Source of the DNA: the human T2T-CHM13v2.0 reference genome, Homo sapiens
DNA: 64,000 nucleotides
Assembly: GCF_009914755.1 (NCBI RefSeq)
Contig: NC_060927.1
Direction: 5' to 3' (one strand)
In this document: piece after piece, positions 43,474 to 58,361 of the stretch
How the letters are laid out: each line of letters starts with the position of its first letter
Numbering within the stretch: position 1 is the first letter of the stretch
The notes under the pieces: generated by a model
Told to the model about the DNA's origin: nothing
What the model saw: only the letters and a program-made list of their open reading frames with translations
Databases searched by the model: none
Translations under genes and position numbers: made by a program

Positions 43474-45001
43474 AGTTAGGAGTATCCTCATCAAGAATCC
43501 TTTCCCTCTGCCCCATCCCCTTTCCCAAAGCCAAAAGAGGAAAGGCATTGAGAGACAGGGGCAGACTGCTTCTGTTTGCTCAGTTGAGAAATGGAGGAAT
43601 CGAGTCTCTGTTGATACCATTAAACTGCTAAAGCTTTCAACAGCACTAAAATTCATTGGCAAGTGATGAGCTGCGCCTTGTCGACGAGTTTCAGTGCAAG
43701 TTAAATCACGAAAAGAATCCAACTTCATATCTAATTAATACAGGCTTCCAAGTGATCAAAAAACAACAGTTTTTCAGAAAGTATGAGCCTTATAGATGAT
43801 AAAAGACAAGCTTTTCTCAACTAAGAAATGCATTTATTTTCCCAGAACCCCAAAGACAGTATGTCATTCCGTGGGTTACCATGTGCATATGGAATTTTTA
43901 TGTTTTCAATATAAAAGTCACAATGCCCTCATGCAAAAGCTTCCCGTTTTACTGAAACCCCCAACAAATATGTCCGAATCTTTTGAAAGCACTGAATACT
44001 CATTCAAGAGGAGTAGTAAAACAAACAACACTATAAACCAGCAAGGGTTATTTGGCTAGCACACACTCATAAGTAGTCTCCTAATTGATTCTCAATTGAC
44101 AGGGTGTTGAGCATGGTAAACTCTGGGAAAGAGAAAAGGGCCCAACCTACCTAATCCTTAAAAATAAGCCATACATACCCTCAAATAATTTAGTTCAGGC
44201 ACAAATCCACTCCCTTTGTGTGTGAGACAAAGTCTATATACCAACACTGTGGACAAGACAGCTTCCTTGTACACTCCATTGCCCCCTGGTACCCAGGTCA
44301 GTTAGACTTAGGACTTAGGAAGAGGAAGGGAGGCATAGCCTTCCTGAATCTTCAAAAATCCCCCAGCCTTCCGGGTTTGGCCCATTCACTTACAGAACCA
44401 GACAGGGAGAAAAGCCTTTTAGCTCCCAAGCACTCAGCAAGCCAGACTCTGGATTCTGTTTTCTGATGCCCACAGACATACATCTCTTACCTAGATAACA
44501 CAGTGCTCTAACATACAAATGTTAATTTCCAGGAAGCAAACTTAAAAAGCCTTCCGCATGTACATTCTTCCTTTTAGAAATAGGAAAACGGACAGAGGAG
44601 AATCGCAGCCCTTCCGTTTCTAATTTTCCCCGAGAGCTTACAAAGCCCTCCAAAGTGCAAAGGCATTTGCCCACCGCGCTGCCCGGGGAAGCAGCTCTCC
44701 CTCTCCCCTGCCTTCCCCAGCCTGGGCGCCGGAACAATGCAGCAACATACATTTACCAACACCTGCTGGAGCCTATTAATATGCACGGGGACGTACTGAT
44801 TTTTCCCCCCTCCCTTCCCCTGCCCTCCACACTGAGCAGGCTTTCATCTCCTCCTTTACCATCCATCAGGAACTCATTTCGCCGGCCCCCTCCCCCTCCC
44901 ACCCCCAGTCCCCATTCAGCCGAGCCCCTCGCTCCAAAAGCCCGGGCTGACGAGCACACTTTGGAATGCACTTCATTAAAATTTAGCTGCCCGATTCCAA
45001 C

Positions 45002-45070
45002 CTGCAATGCGGAGGAGGCAATACAAAGCGCGCGCCACACTTCCTCCAGCATCCCCTTCAAAAGCCCCAT
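45002..45070 (-). CDS. Candidate coding part of an alternative first exon (MGLLKGMLEEVWRALCIASSALQ)
   Basis: ATG in strong Kozak context (gaacaATGG); 23 codons ending in phase 0 at a possible donor CAG|GTTGGA. No homology recognised. Confidence 0.2.
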
Positions 45071-45702
45071 TGTTCGCCAGGCATCTGCTCCAGAGCCCGG
45101 CCTCTCCCTATCCACTGACCTCTGATTTTTTTTTCTCCCCCCTCCCCCTTCCTCCCAGCCTGGCCAAACGGGCCTGCCTGGTGAATTAAAACGCAGCCGC
45201 AGCCATCTGGCCCTCCCAAGCTGGCCGGGTTTCTCCCCGCCCCTCCTCCCTGGTCCACACACCACACACGGCATCTTCACCTCCATGGATATTCCCACAA
45301 CCCAAGCTCAAACCTCCGGTGGCAGGGAGCCTCTGCCGCCGCCTGCCTGTCCCCAGGCTTCCTCCGGCAGCGGAGCGTTCGAATCCAGAGGTGGGCAGGG
45401 GGCGGTGGAGGGGTGGCGAGAGGAGATCATGGACCACTTGTACTTGCCTGCAAACCCCAGCCCAATCGCCAAGATTAATCCTTCCCTTTGTGAGCCTGAA
45501 ACCGCCTCCCACCACGCTGGTCCTTGGCTCTGCAGCGGCTGTAAAGAGAGGCGGGGGTGGGGGGGGTGGGACCGAACCCCTTCCTGGGAGAGCTGGGGGC
45601 GCCTCGGCCACCTGACCACAGAGCGGTTTTTCGAGGGAAGAGGTGCTGGCAGCAGGAGCAGCTGATGGTGCGAGAAGGGAGAGAAGATGCCCAGGCTTGC
45701 GC

Positions 45703-45710
45703 CTTTTATA
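45703..45710 (-). promoter_or_regulatory. TATA box (TATAAAAG)
   Basis: Exact TATAWAWR on the minus strand, GC boxes upstream, and a pyrimidine tract (cttctctcccttctcg) ~25-40 nt downstream. Confidence 0.5.
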
Positions 45711-47094
45711 TTACTGGCGACATTTCTAACACATGACAACAATTTCCATCTGTATTTAAGCCGGGAGTGTGAAAAAAGAGCATTACATCACAGAGCCCGG
45801 GCTCCTAGAGGCTGCCGGATATCTAGGCCGGGGGGATTAGGGGGCTGCACCTGCGGAGGGGGCGGGGACTGAGCGAGCCTCTCCCTGCTGGGGCGTGTCA
45901 GGTCCCCATCACCCGCATGGCCCTGTGGGAGCCCCTGGACATGGAAAGGCGGGAAATAGGGTTGCCCCATTTGCGACATGCTGGAGGCTGAGTGCATGAG
46001 TGGGTGGGTGAGGGCGAGGGAAGGGGCGTGACTCCCTTTCTTGGTTAGGGATACAACCCTGACTTCCCAAGAGCAAGGGACAGAAGTCCCTTCTGATGAA
46101 ACTGACTTCTGCCTTTCTGCCTCTTCCCCAACTTTGGAAGGAATTCCAATAGATAATAACTCTTATGTTTGAAATAATTGTCTTCCTTTGGAGTTAAAAT
46201 AAAGACGATGGAGTGGCTTAGAAAATGAATTTGAAGGATCCACTTTCAAGGAATTGACACTTCAAGAATCAAAGGTACAATCTGACTCAGAATCAAGCTG
46301 CTTCTCTACTGCTCACCTCTATGTCATTAAAACTCACTGTTTTTAAGGAGTGATAGGATAGTGGATAGGGGGAGGCTGGCCTCTGGTGCAGATGGTTGGC
46401 AAAGCTGCCTCTTTAAAAGATTCTCTAAGAGCCGGCGGTATCACCTCCACCCTGTTTCTTTTGAGGGATCCTTCCTCTTCATCCACCTTAGTGAGAAAAC
46501 TTTATTGAGAGACCTCTAGCTTTGGAAAGGTAAGTTTTCTCTATTTTCAAATGGTCAGTCATTGCTGAAGCTACACCTTGTAGCAAGAGAGTGAATGCCT
46601 CCAGACTGTCAAAGAAAGGACGCTATCCACTGCCTTCCTTCTCATAATCCAGGTGCTACAGAGTCACGTGCAAGCATCCTCCAAGAATTCATTACTACAA
46701 CTTGGACAGGAGGAGATAAAGGGGCTGCAAGATGTTCTGAGAGGAAGAATGCCAAGAAAATAGGGCAAGAGGGGAAAGGAAGCAAGGGCATACCTCTTTC
46801 TGGGGTATGTTGGGGGAGGCAATGCAGAAGCTAGATTACAAATGGGTGGATCATAGGATGGCAAAGCAGGCTTTACGGGTGCGGGAGAAAGGTGAGAGGG
46901 CAGTGGGCCATTTAGATAACAAGGCAGCACAGATCTTTCCTTCGAATGCAGTATCGGCTGGATTTCATAGCAGATGAGAAAATAAATGTTGTTCCTTCAT
47001 ATTTGCTACTCAGTAAACCTAGGCATGTCCATCTGAAAAATCCAGGGTGTGGAAGGACAGCATGTCTAAGGCCCCTTTTCCTTCTAGTCACTCA

Positions 47095-47320
47095 CTGTGG
47101 TCAAAAGACTCAATACTGGAGTCAGACTCACTAGGTTCCAACTCCATCTTTCCATTTTCCAGCTGTGTGACTGTAGATAATTACTTGCCTGTTTCCCCTG
47201 GTGTACAAAATGGAACAAAAACTCTCTACTTGTTATACAGATCACACATACAAAGTGCTTGGTACAGTTCACCATACATAACAGGTGCTCACTAAATGTC
47301 ACCTATCACTACTGCTACTA
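47095..47320 (+). mobile_element. MIR
   Basis: ctggagtcagactcactaggttccaactcc...agctgtgtgact...aagtgcttggtacagt...ggtgctcactaaatg. Confidence 0.7.
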
Positions 47321-48479
47321 TTATGATTGTTTCTATATAAAACATCTCAACCAAATGAAAGTGTTCATCTTCTACTACTGAGGGGACCTGCAAAATGGAA
47401 CAGCTCCCAGGGCTTCAATTAGTGAAATGCAAACACCAGAACCCTAGACATCCTGGACCTGCCAGAAAAAAGCGAGTAAGATGTCTCGGAAGAAACACAG
47501 ATTCGCTGGCTTCATTCTTGATTCACATCTACTTGCAGGAAGGTGAAAGGCCTTAAGAGTTACATGCAAAGTATTTGCTTACCTATTTTGTTTGAGAGAA
47601 ACAATAAACTTAAGGGAATACTTTATCAACCATGTACATAATACATACGAGCATTTACATCACTTTTCCTCTCAATCATTATTTTTAAAAATGGAAAAAG
47701 AAAAGCAGATACTACATAAAACTTTCAAAAGCCTTTTGCCACAAGCTAATGCTGAAAAATGGAATTTGTATTTTATTAGTTTTCCACAAGAAAATGATTG
47801 TACAGTACAAATTAAATTGCTCTTTTGCAAGGAATCTGCATAGAGACTTCCCTGAAGGGAACAAAAATACAAAAGGCATTCTTTTTATGAGAGAAAGAAG
47901 GGAACTTTTATTCAATAAGTATTCAAGGATGTAGCTTTCCAGTCTTCAATAGGGAAAGAAAAATAGCCGTCATTTTGGTTAGGAAATATCCCTAATAATA
48001 ACAAATTATTTTCAATCAGAGCTCCAAAGACCAGGTTTCTCTATGTGCAAGAGAAGCACAGGAAAAAGAGTCCATGAAAATCTACTTGGTTTTTCTCAGA
48101 GGTGTAGTATCTTGACACACTCAATCTCAAAAACCAAGGCTCTCCCAGCTTGTGTGGTCTCCAGCAGAAGCCAGGAGAGATGCTTAGTTGCATTTCTTTT
48201 AAAGTCTCTTTTGTCGCACACACAAAATTAAAACCAGTAGGTCCTGGGCTAGCCAGCTTCATGGGCGCCTGGCTTATAGAGCCCAAGGGCAAGCTATGGC
48301 TGCAGTGCCTTGAGAGCACAGTTTAGAGAGGCAGTGAAATGTAGACACTTCTTTACTGGCAATTTTTGAGAAATAACTGTGAGAAAAAGGCCAAGAGTTT
48401 CTCTCACTGAACACATTGAAAGTAATTAGAGAAATGTTTAGGAATCACAATAAATGCTGTGGAAAAGTGACCACTTGCG

Positions 48480-48730
48480 AGGCAGTAGAACATACTGGTT
48501 ATGAGAGTGGGATCTGGGGCTAGACCAGTTCAAAACCCCACCTCTGGCTTTCTCAGTGTGAACCACTGGGCAAACTTGACCTTACAATGACTCTACTTTT
48601 TCACCTGTAAAATGAGAGTAAAAGGAGTTCCTGCCTCATGGAACTGTGATGAAGACTAACTGGGTGAATAGAGGGCATGGTACTTAGATCTGAGTTCCCG
48701 GCACAGAGAAAGTGCTGACTAAGTATTATT
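48480..48730 (+). mobile_element. MIR
   Basis: ggttatgagagtgggatctgggg...tttttcacctgtaaaatgagagt. Confidence 0.65.
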
Positions 48731-48999
48731 ACTGGCACATCAACACGCTAACTCTTAGGTGTGGATTCCCTCTAAATGCTTGCTCTGCATATGTTTTTCC
48801 ACAAATATTTATTGAGCACATACCAAGCATATAGCTCTGTTGGATATAATAAAGAGGCAGAATATATCCATGGGGTCAGAAAGGGGTTTTATAGTTTGTT
48901 TGTTTTTTTAATAGAAATGTCCTTTGGATAAAATATGAACTCACATAACACAGGCCACATTCACTGACTAAAATGTAGTAAGAACAGCCATTAACAGTC

Positions 49000-50350
49000 A
49001 AAGGGAAAGCAAAAATTCATAATAAAATCTGCAGGATGTACCCATATGCCCACACAGAAGGAAATTATAGCCTTAAATGCATTTATTAGAGAATAAGAGA
49101 GACAGAAATTAATTATGCTTTCTATGCATGATGCTGTAAAAGTTAAAATGAAATAAATTAAAAAACAAAAGTAGAAAATTCAACAGTGTTGGGACAACTG
49201 GATATCCACATGCAAAAGAATGAAGTTGGACCCCCACCTCCACACCAAACACAAAGATTAATTCAAAATGCACCATGGACCTAAAATTATAAAACTCTTT
49301 TAAGAGTAAGATAAAAAAGCAGTAAATCTTTTTTATCCTGGGTGACACCAAAAGCACAAATAAAAAAAAAACAGAAATTAGACAGATTAGAGTGTATTAA
49401 AATTTAAAACTTTTGTGCTGAAAACAATATCACCAAGTTAGTGAAAAGACACCCATGGAAAGAAAAAAAATACTGGTGAAGCATTTATCTGATAAGGTCC
49501 TTGTATCCAGAATATGTGAAAAACTTCTACAACTAAACAATAAAAAGACAAATAATCCAATTAAAAATAGGCAAAGGAATTCAATAGGCATTTCTCCAAA
49601 GACAATACACAGATGGCCAACAAGCATATGGGAAGATGCTCAACAAATCAAAACCACAATGACATCCCATTCATACCCACTAAAATGGCTATAATCAAAA
49701 GGACAAGTAAGTAACGATGTTGATAATTGGAAGTGTCCTGTATGCTAATATAAAATGGTTTAGCCACTTTGGAAAACAGTCTGGCAGTTTCTCAAAAAGT
49801 TAAATTTATGATATGACCAAATGATTCCCTCAGTATACAGCCAAGAGAAATAAAAACATACATCCACATAAAAACATATACATGAATGTTATAGCAGCAT
49901 TATTACTCATAATAGCCAAAAAGTGAAATAATTCAAATGTTCACTAACTGATGAATGAATAAAATGTGGCACACCCATATGAGAGGATACTATTGGGCAA
50001 TAAAAAGGAATGAAATACTGATACGACATGGATAAACCTGAAAACATCACGCTGAGTAAAAGAAGACACAACATGTCACATATTGTGTTATTCCATTTAT
50101 ATGAAATCTACACCATAGGTGAATGTATAGAGACAGAAGGTAAATCAGAAGTTACCTATAGCTGTGGGAGTTAGAAGGAAATGGGATGTGACTATTAATG
50201 CATATAGGGTTTCTTTCTCGGGGTGATAAAAACATTCTATAATTTTGTGGTGACAGTTGTACACCTTGAGAATAAACTAAAAAATAATGATTTTTAAAAA
50301 TAGGTCAATTATGTAGTATGGGAACTATATTTCAATAAAACTATTTTTAA
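49000..50350 (+). mobile_element. L1MB/MC-type 3' region
   Basis: ttcaacagtgttgggacaactggatatccacatgcaaaagaatgaagttggaccc...agccactttggaaaacagtctggcagtttctcaaaaagttaaa...tttcaataaaact. Confidence 0.85.
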
Positions 50351-51302
50351 AAGGTAGAAAGAAGAAATAATGAAATTAAGGTAGAAATTTATACTGGACA
50401 CTATTGGCAATAAGGAAAAAATAGAGACAAAAACTGTTTCTAGGGAAGCACTATTAAAATAGAAAAACCTTTGGCAAATAGGACCATGAGTGGGGAAAGG
50501 AGAAATCATATATGATCAACCTTAGGAGCAAAAAAGGAGGCAATACAAATATTAAAAAGATTTATTTTCATGTATAAGAGAATACCATGTACAACTTTAT
50601 ACCAATTAATTTAAAATCTAGACAGAATGGTTCATTTTCTAGAATAATAAATTAATGAAACTATCTTAAGAAGCAATAGAAAATGTGAATAGAGCAATGA
50701 CTGTAACTAAAATGAAGTTAAAGAACTATCTCCTCCTTCCCTTTTCCTAGCTACTGCAAAGAAAAAAATACGTACCAGGCCAGGATATTTTATGGACAGA
50801 TTTTACCAAGCTTTCAAAGAAAAGTGTGATACCCTTTATGCAACTCCAAACACAAATACTTTCCATACTGTTTATTATATATTTTCTACAGGTTCATACA
50901 TATTAAGAATAATTAGAAAAAGATCTCAGATGAATATTTAAAAAATGATAATCTATGATTAACAGACCAAAAAATATATATAGCACAGTGTTGAGATGGT
51001 CAAAGGGGACAATGAAATTCACGATGCTGCTTCCATTTTGAATAAAAAAATTTATATGACAATCTACATAATAAAAATTTGACAATTATTTGGAATAAAA
51101 AATTAAGGTATTATTTGGAAACATGCATTAAATTTTCTGTCTAGTTGATTGAACCATAGAACGTAGATAAAAGGGAGGCATTACTGCCATCGAACAGAAA
51201 GTTATTCTAATTGTAGGTAAAATCCCTAAGAAACTGAAAAGCCTACATGCTGGTCTTGTAAGCCTGAATATAAAGTTAAAGCAGAACTAACAAAAAGGAA
51301 TA

Positions 51303-51680
51303 GCCTTGTCTTTCTTTGTGTTGCTATAAGAAAATACCTGAGACAGTCGTTTATAAAGAACAGAAATGTATCATAGTTCTGGAGGCAGGGAATTCCAAGA
51401 TCCAAGTGCTGGCAAGTTTGTCTTTTGAGGGCCTGGTCTCTCCTTCCAAGATGGCGCCCTGTTACAGCATCCCCCAGAAGGGTAATGATGGGTCCTCACA
51501 TGACAGAAGACTGGAAGAAAGGAAACCCACTCTCTCAAGTCTGTTTAAAAGGATCCTATTCCCATCCATGAAGGTTCCACCCTCATGACTGAATCACCTC
51601 GGAAAGGCCCCATCTCTTACTACATATTGGCCATTATGTTTCAACACGTGAATTTTGGGTGATACATTCACATTATAGCA
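51303..51680 (-). mobile_element. MaLR solo LTR (MLT1A/MST family)
   Basis: tgttgctataagaaaatacctgagac...gttctggaggcaggg...ccctcatgactgaatcacctc...tttcaacacgtgaattttggg...atagca. Confidence 0.8.
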
Positions 51681-53669
51681 CTTTGTAATTTTCACAATAT
51701 CAAAATTTCCTTAGTTCTAAGATGTAATTAATTATAAGATTCAACTTTCAATTTATGGCTTTTCAGGGGAAAAGAAAACTACGGCATTAAATATGCACAT
51801 TTATGTTTAAAAACATCCAAATGCAAAAAAAAAAAGTATCTGAGGATCAAGAAATATTGGTGTTATATGACAAAGAAGACACTAATAAAAATGAAAAACA
51901 CTCTTCCAATGATAACATTTGAAGCTATGTTGGATTCTACAGCAAAGTTGTGCCTGGATAATGATGTTTAGTTATATATTGATATTAATATATAATGATT
52001 ATTTAAGAAATAGCAAATACTGCTGGAGAAAGGCAAGCAAAACAAAAGTGCCTCAATTTATCTGATGCTTTTTAAATTGGCCAAGGGCCTAAAAATAATA
52101 ACAGAGAAACGATATCAGAGTTGCTACTGTGGATGTTTTTCCTGGCTTGTGGAATACGATGACTTTCATATAATGTCAGAGACAAATAATAAATCACTTC
52201 ACAGTTATTTATATATTCATAGAGATGGGGGTTTTCCTTATAAGAACCTTTGATTTCCATCATATAAGAAAAAAGAAACCAAAAACACCAACTTGAAATG
52301 CTATTTTCCTACTGGATTTTAACTTGAATTGCCACAAATGTGTGAAGAAGTGAACTGCTTATTTAAAAAAAAAAAAAACTATTGACAAGTCTCTGGCTTT
52401 TATTAGTCAACTGGAAAATCAAACAGCAAATGGGGAATAAACAAAATTCCTATGACTGTAAATTTCAACAAGAAGTGAAAATAGAACAGATGTGGAACAT
52501 TTTCCTTAATGTGTTACTATTTAGCAGTACTTCCCTCCAAGGTGCAAAACATGACCATCTTCTTGGAATGTACTCAAATGGGCTCTTTTACAGGCTTTCC
52601 AAGAAAACACAAAAGCAGCAAGCTTCCAGTTGTTATGCCTGAAAATGACTCATGCCATGAAAATATGCAACTTAAGATAGCTAATGAGAGAAGAACCATT
52701 CTACGACAGCTCTAACAAAGATAAAGTTCCAGAAACTTCAAACATTTATTGTACAAGGGATGTCATAACGACCCTTTCAATTTGCATGACGAGACCTCAC
52801 TATAAATGACCTGTTTTACAAGACCACATCCACTTATCCTTAAAATTGCACAATTTACAATGAACCTGTGCTGGTATCATCCTTTTGTATTTTGTGTTGT
52901 GACTCTTGCTGGCTTCAGAACACAAATTATGGCTCTCAGCATCATGTTCACCATGTGCATCTTTGAAAAATTTCACCTGTGAAACTTTACACTACACTCA
53001 CATACCAGCCAAATGAGTTCCTGAAAAAATCTGCCACAGTGAATAAATAAAGGGGGGAGAAATTATAGATTTGATACTTGCTGGGGAGTATGATATGAAA
53101 GTAATTGTGCTTCCTGTAGGCCATGCACAACTGTAAGAAGTGCTCTTCTTCCTGCAGACAGACAAACTCAATGATGGAGAGCCTAACAGTTGGCAATAAA
53201 AGAAAAACCAGCCCTTGTAGGCCAACCAGACCCTTCTAGAGTGTCTGACCTACTTTTAAAGCATGCTGAAGGGCTTTCAGCAGATAAGAGTTAATGAAGG
53301 AGAGAGAAAAAATAAGTCTACAATATCACACTTACTATTTAAGTGTGCCCATCAGTGTGCCTTATATTAGTAAAGTATACATTGTCCAACTCAGGTTCAA
53401 TGGTAGATTACTTATATAGGAAACATATCTCAATTGCAACTGCTCTAGGAAACATCAAATATTTTGACGAAAGAATTACAGAATCAAACTCTGAAATGAA
53501 AGTCCACTTCTACCCACAACCCAGAGAGGAGATCCGGCGAGTCCTACTTTGTGCAGGGTAGTTACATGTAAAACATCCCTTCCCTCCTCCTTTGCATCCA
53601 TTCAACTCTGCCTACTAAATGATTATTTCAATTAGCACAGAATGTGCATTTCTACTCATCAGATACATG

Positions 53670-54589
<920 letters not shown>

Positions 54590-55744
54590 TAAGACTGCTT
54601 TTCCTGACAATTCTCTTGAAACCCAGATACTGGTCAACACTGATATGGGTTTTTAAAGCAAGCTCCAATAACTGCTTAAGTCCCTATGATTTTTTTTCCG
54701 ATTCTGACATTTTCTATATATTTTGAAAATATATGTACATGTTAAATAAATAACAATAACATAATTCACTGTAATATGGTTTGGGATGCCCAGGTAATCC
54801 CCAACACTCATGAATCTAGTGTGCAGATGGACATCCAAGAATAGTGCCTCCCTGTCAAATAGCTGGTACCTACCCCAGTCTCTTGCAGAGAAGAAAATTC
54901 TTTTCTCCTGACTTTCCCCTTCCTGCTACAGGTCACACCACTCCCTGAAACTGCTATTGTATATGCCCCTGAAGCAACTTTCCAACAGGCAACAGTAAAG
55001 GCAGGCAATGCTTCTGTTAACAGAAGTGGTATCTTCATCACCTTCAACATCATCCTCACTCCCATCATGACCATTACACATCACAGCAGCCCCCATTATA
55101 TAAAGTGCTTACAGGAGTCCAAGCACTGTTCTAGGCCTCACAACAACCCTTTAAAATAGGCATTGTTATCTTTGCTTTGCAAATGAAAAAAAACTGAGTC
55201 TCTGAGAAACTGACAAGGGAGTGAGAGGAAATAAAACACAAAGCTCACTGACTATTCTTATGTGCTCCCTACTACTACCCTGGACAAGTAAATTTCTTTA
55301 ATTGAGTCCTATGTCTATATTTTATCTTATTCTCTCTTTTTGGAAACTCACTTCTGGTCCTCATTTGTTCCCATCACAAGAAAAATTTCTTAGGAGAATT
55401 GATATGACCTCAAGTGTTCCTTTGAACAAATCAGGTGTTTCGGCTTACTGCGTATTATGCATGCGGCCACTGTCTTTCCTTTTGTACTACAACTATAAAA
55501 AAGAGAATAGCACATAAGAAAAGAGAAGAAAAAAATGTCAGAATAACTTAATGAACTGTTCACCTAATTTAAGAATAGGTTTAAAAAAATGTTTTAATAC
55601 TACTTAATCCTCGTGTGATTCTCACCACAACCTACAAAGCAGGTATCATTAGCCCCATTCCATAGAAGCAGCTCAAAAAGGTTAGACAACCAGTGCAAGC
55701 ACAGCCAATAAGCAATAGAATCAAAATTTAAAACCCAGTTTTTT

Positions 55745-57200
<1,456 letters not shown>

Positions 57201-57202
57201 GG

Positions 57203-57507
57203 GTTTTTTTTGTTTTTTGTTTTTGTTTTTTTTTGAGAAAAGGTCTGGCTCTGTTGCCCACCCTGAAGTGCAGTGGCATGCTCATAGTTCACTGCAGCCT
57301 CGACCTCCTAGACTCAGGTGATCCTCCCACCTCAGCCTATTGAATTGCTAGAACTGCAGGTGTGCACCACCATACCTGGGTAATTTTTTGTAGAGATGGG
57401 GTCTCCCAATGTTGCCCAGGCTGGTCTCAAACTCCTGGGCTCAAATGATCTGCTCATCTTGGCTTCCCAAAGTGTTGGGATTATAGGCTTGAGCCATCAC
57501 GCCCTGC
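57203..57507 (-). mobile_element. AluJ
   Basis: Reverse-complement Alu (ctcctgggctcaaatgatc, J-type) directly abutting the previous Alu. Confidence 0.9.
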
Positions 57508-58361
57508 TTCCTTCAGTTTTTTTAAAGGGTCTCTGTTAGAACCCACATATGACTAGCACAAGCAATTGTTCACAATCGTTGCATTCTACTGCCAGAATCT
57601 GGAATAAGAGAAAGAAACTTTGATGTGCCCGGACAGGCCAGACCCTTAAGTATATAATACAAATTCAGAACAAAACAGCAATTATTATATCAACAACATT
57701 TTTTTTTTACCTACTCCATGTTCCTTAGATATCTAACTGTTTCTTGATTTATAAATGATCCACTCAACAGTAAGCTAAGAAGTTACAAAATTCCCCTACA
57801 GCATCCTTGACTCAAGTGGATTGGAATGGGGTATCTAATTCTGAAGCAATGCAAGACACTGAATGCCCACCTTTCAATAGCTCGCCTCTGGGAGAACTAG
57901 AATTGAACATCAAACAAAAAAGTTAATGAAACCTGTATTAGCCACAAACTTCTATCCACTGGGGAAAAAGCCATCTAGATTCCCAGAATTAGCTAGGGTC
58001 AGGCAGGCAACACTGATAGAATTCGAACAGAATTTCAGTCCACCTGATGATTTCACATGATGTCTTATTTCCAAGTCATATTATACATTTAAAGAACACT
58101 TTACCTACAACTCAGGCAGCTATTTTTTTTCAAAATTCCACTGAAACAGATATATCTTTTTTTTTCCCAAGTCACTAATTAAGTGAACTTGAGACTGTGT
58201 AAAGCCATTTCGAGATGGAAATAAGGAATATGTATCCCTCAAGTCAATTGATGAAATCTAAGAATACAGAAACTGCAACTCCAATAATTCTATAAGGTCT
58301 GTTTGTAATCTTATCCTATGAGACGGGAAAGGAGAAAAACGTCAGGTTCATTTAGGTACAA

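Larger units (their letters stand above)
44650..46030. promoter_or_regulatory. CpG island / promoter region
   Basis: Abrupt rise in GC and CpG content against an AT-rich, CpG-depleted background; GC/KLF boxes (gggggcgggg ~45858, ggggcgtg ~45890 and ~46023); no repeats. Confidence 0.85.

Noticed and set aside
44655-45742. Several overlapping 98-181 aa ORFs on both strands
   Set aside because: Expected from stop-codon scarcity in a GC-rich island; Pro/Gly/Arg-rich with no recognisable domain. Only the short Kozak-to-donor segment was kept as a weak candidate.
44480-46030. Assigning a gene symbol to the promoter
   Set aside because: No recognisable coding exon in the window; any name would be a guess without mapping.
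51575-51600. DUX4-type site in the MaLR LTR (possible LTR promoter upstream of the island)
   Set aside because: The motif is degenerate here (tgactgaatca) and nothing else in the sequence supports promoter activity.
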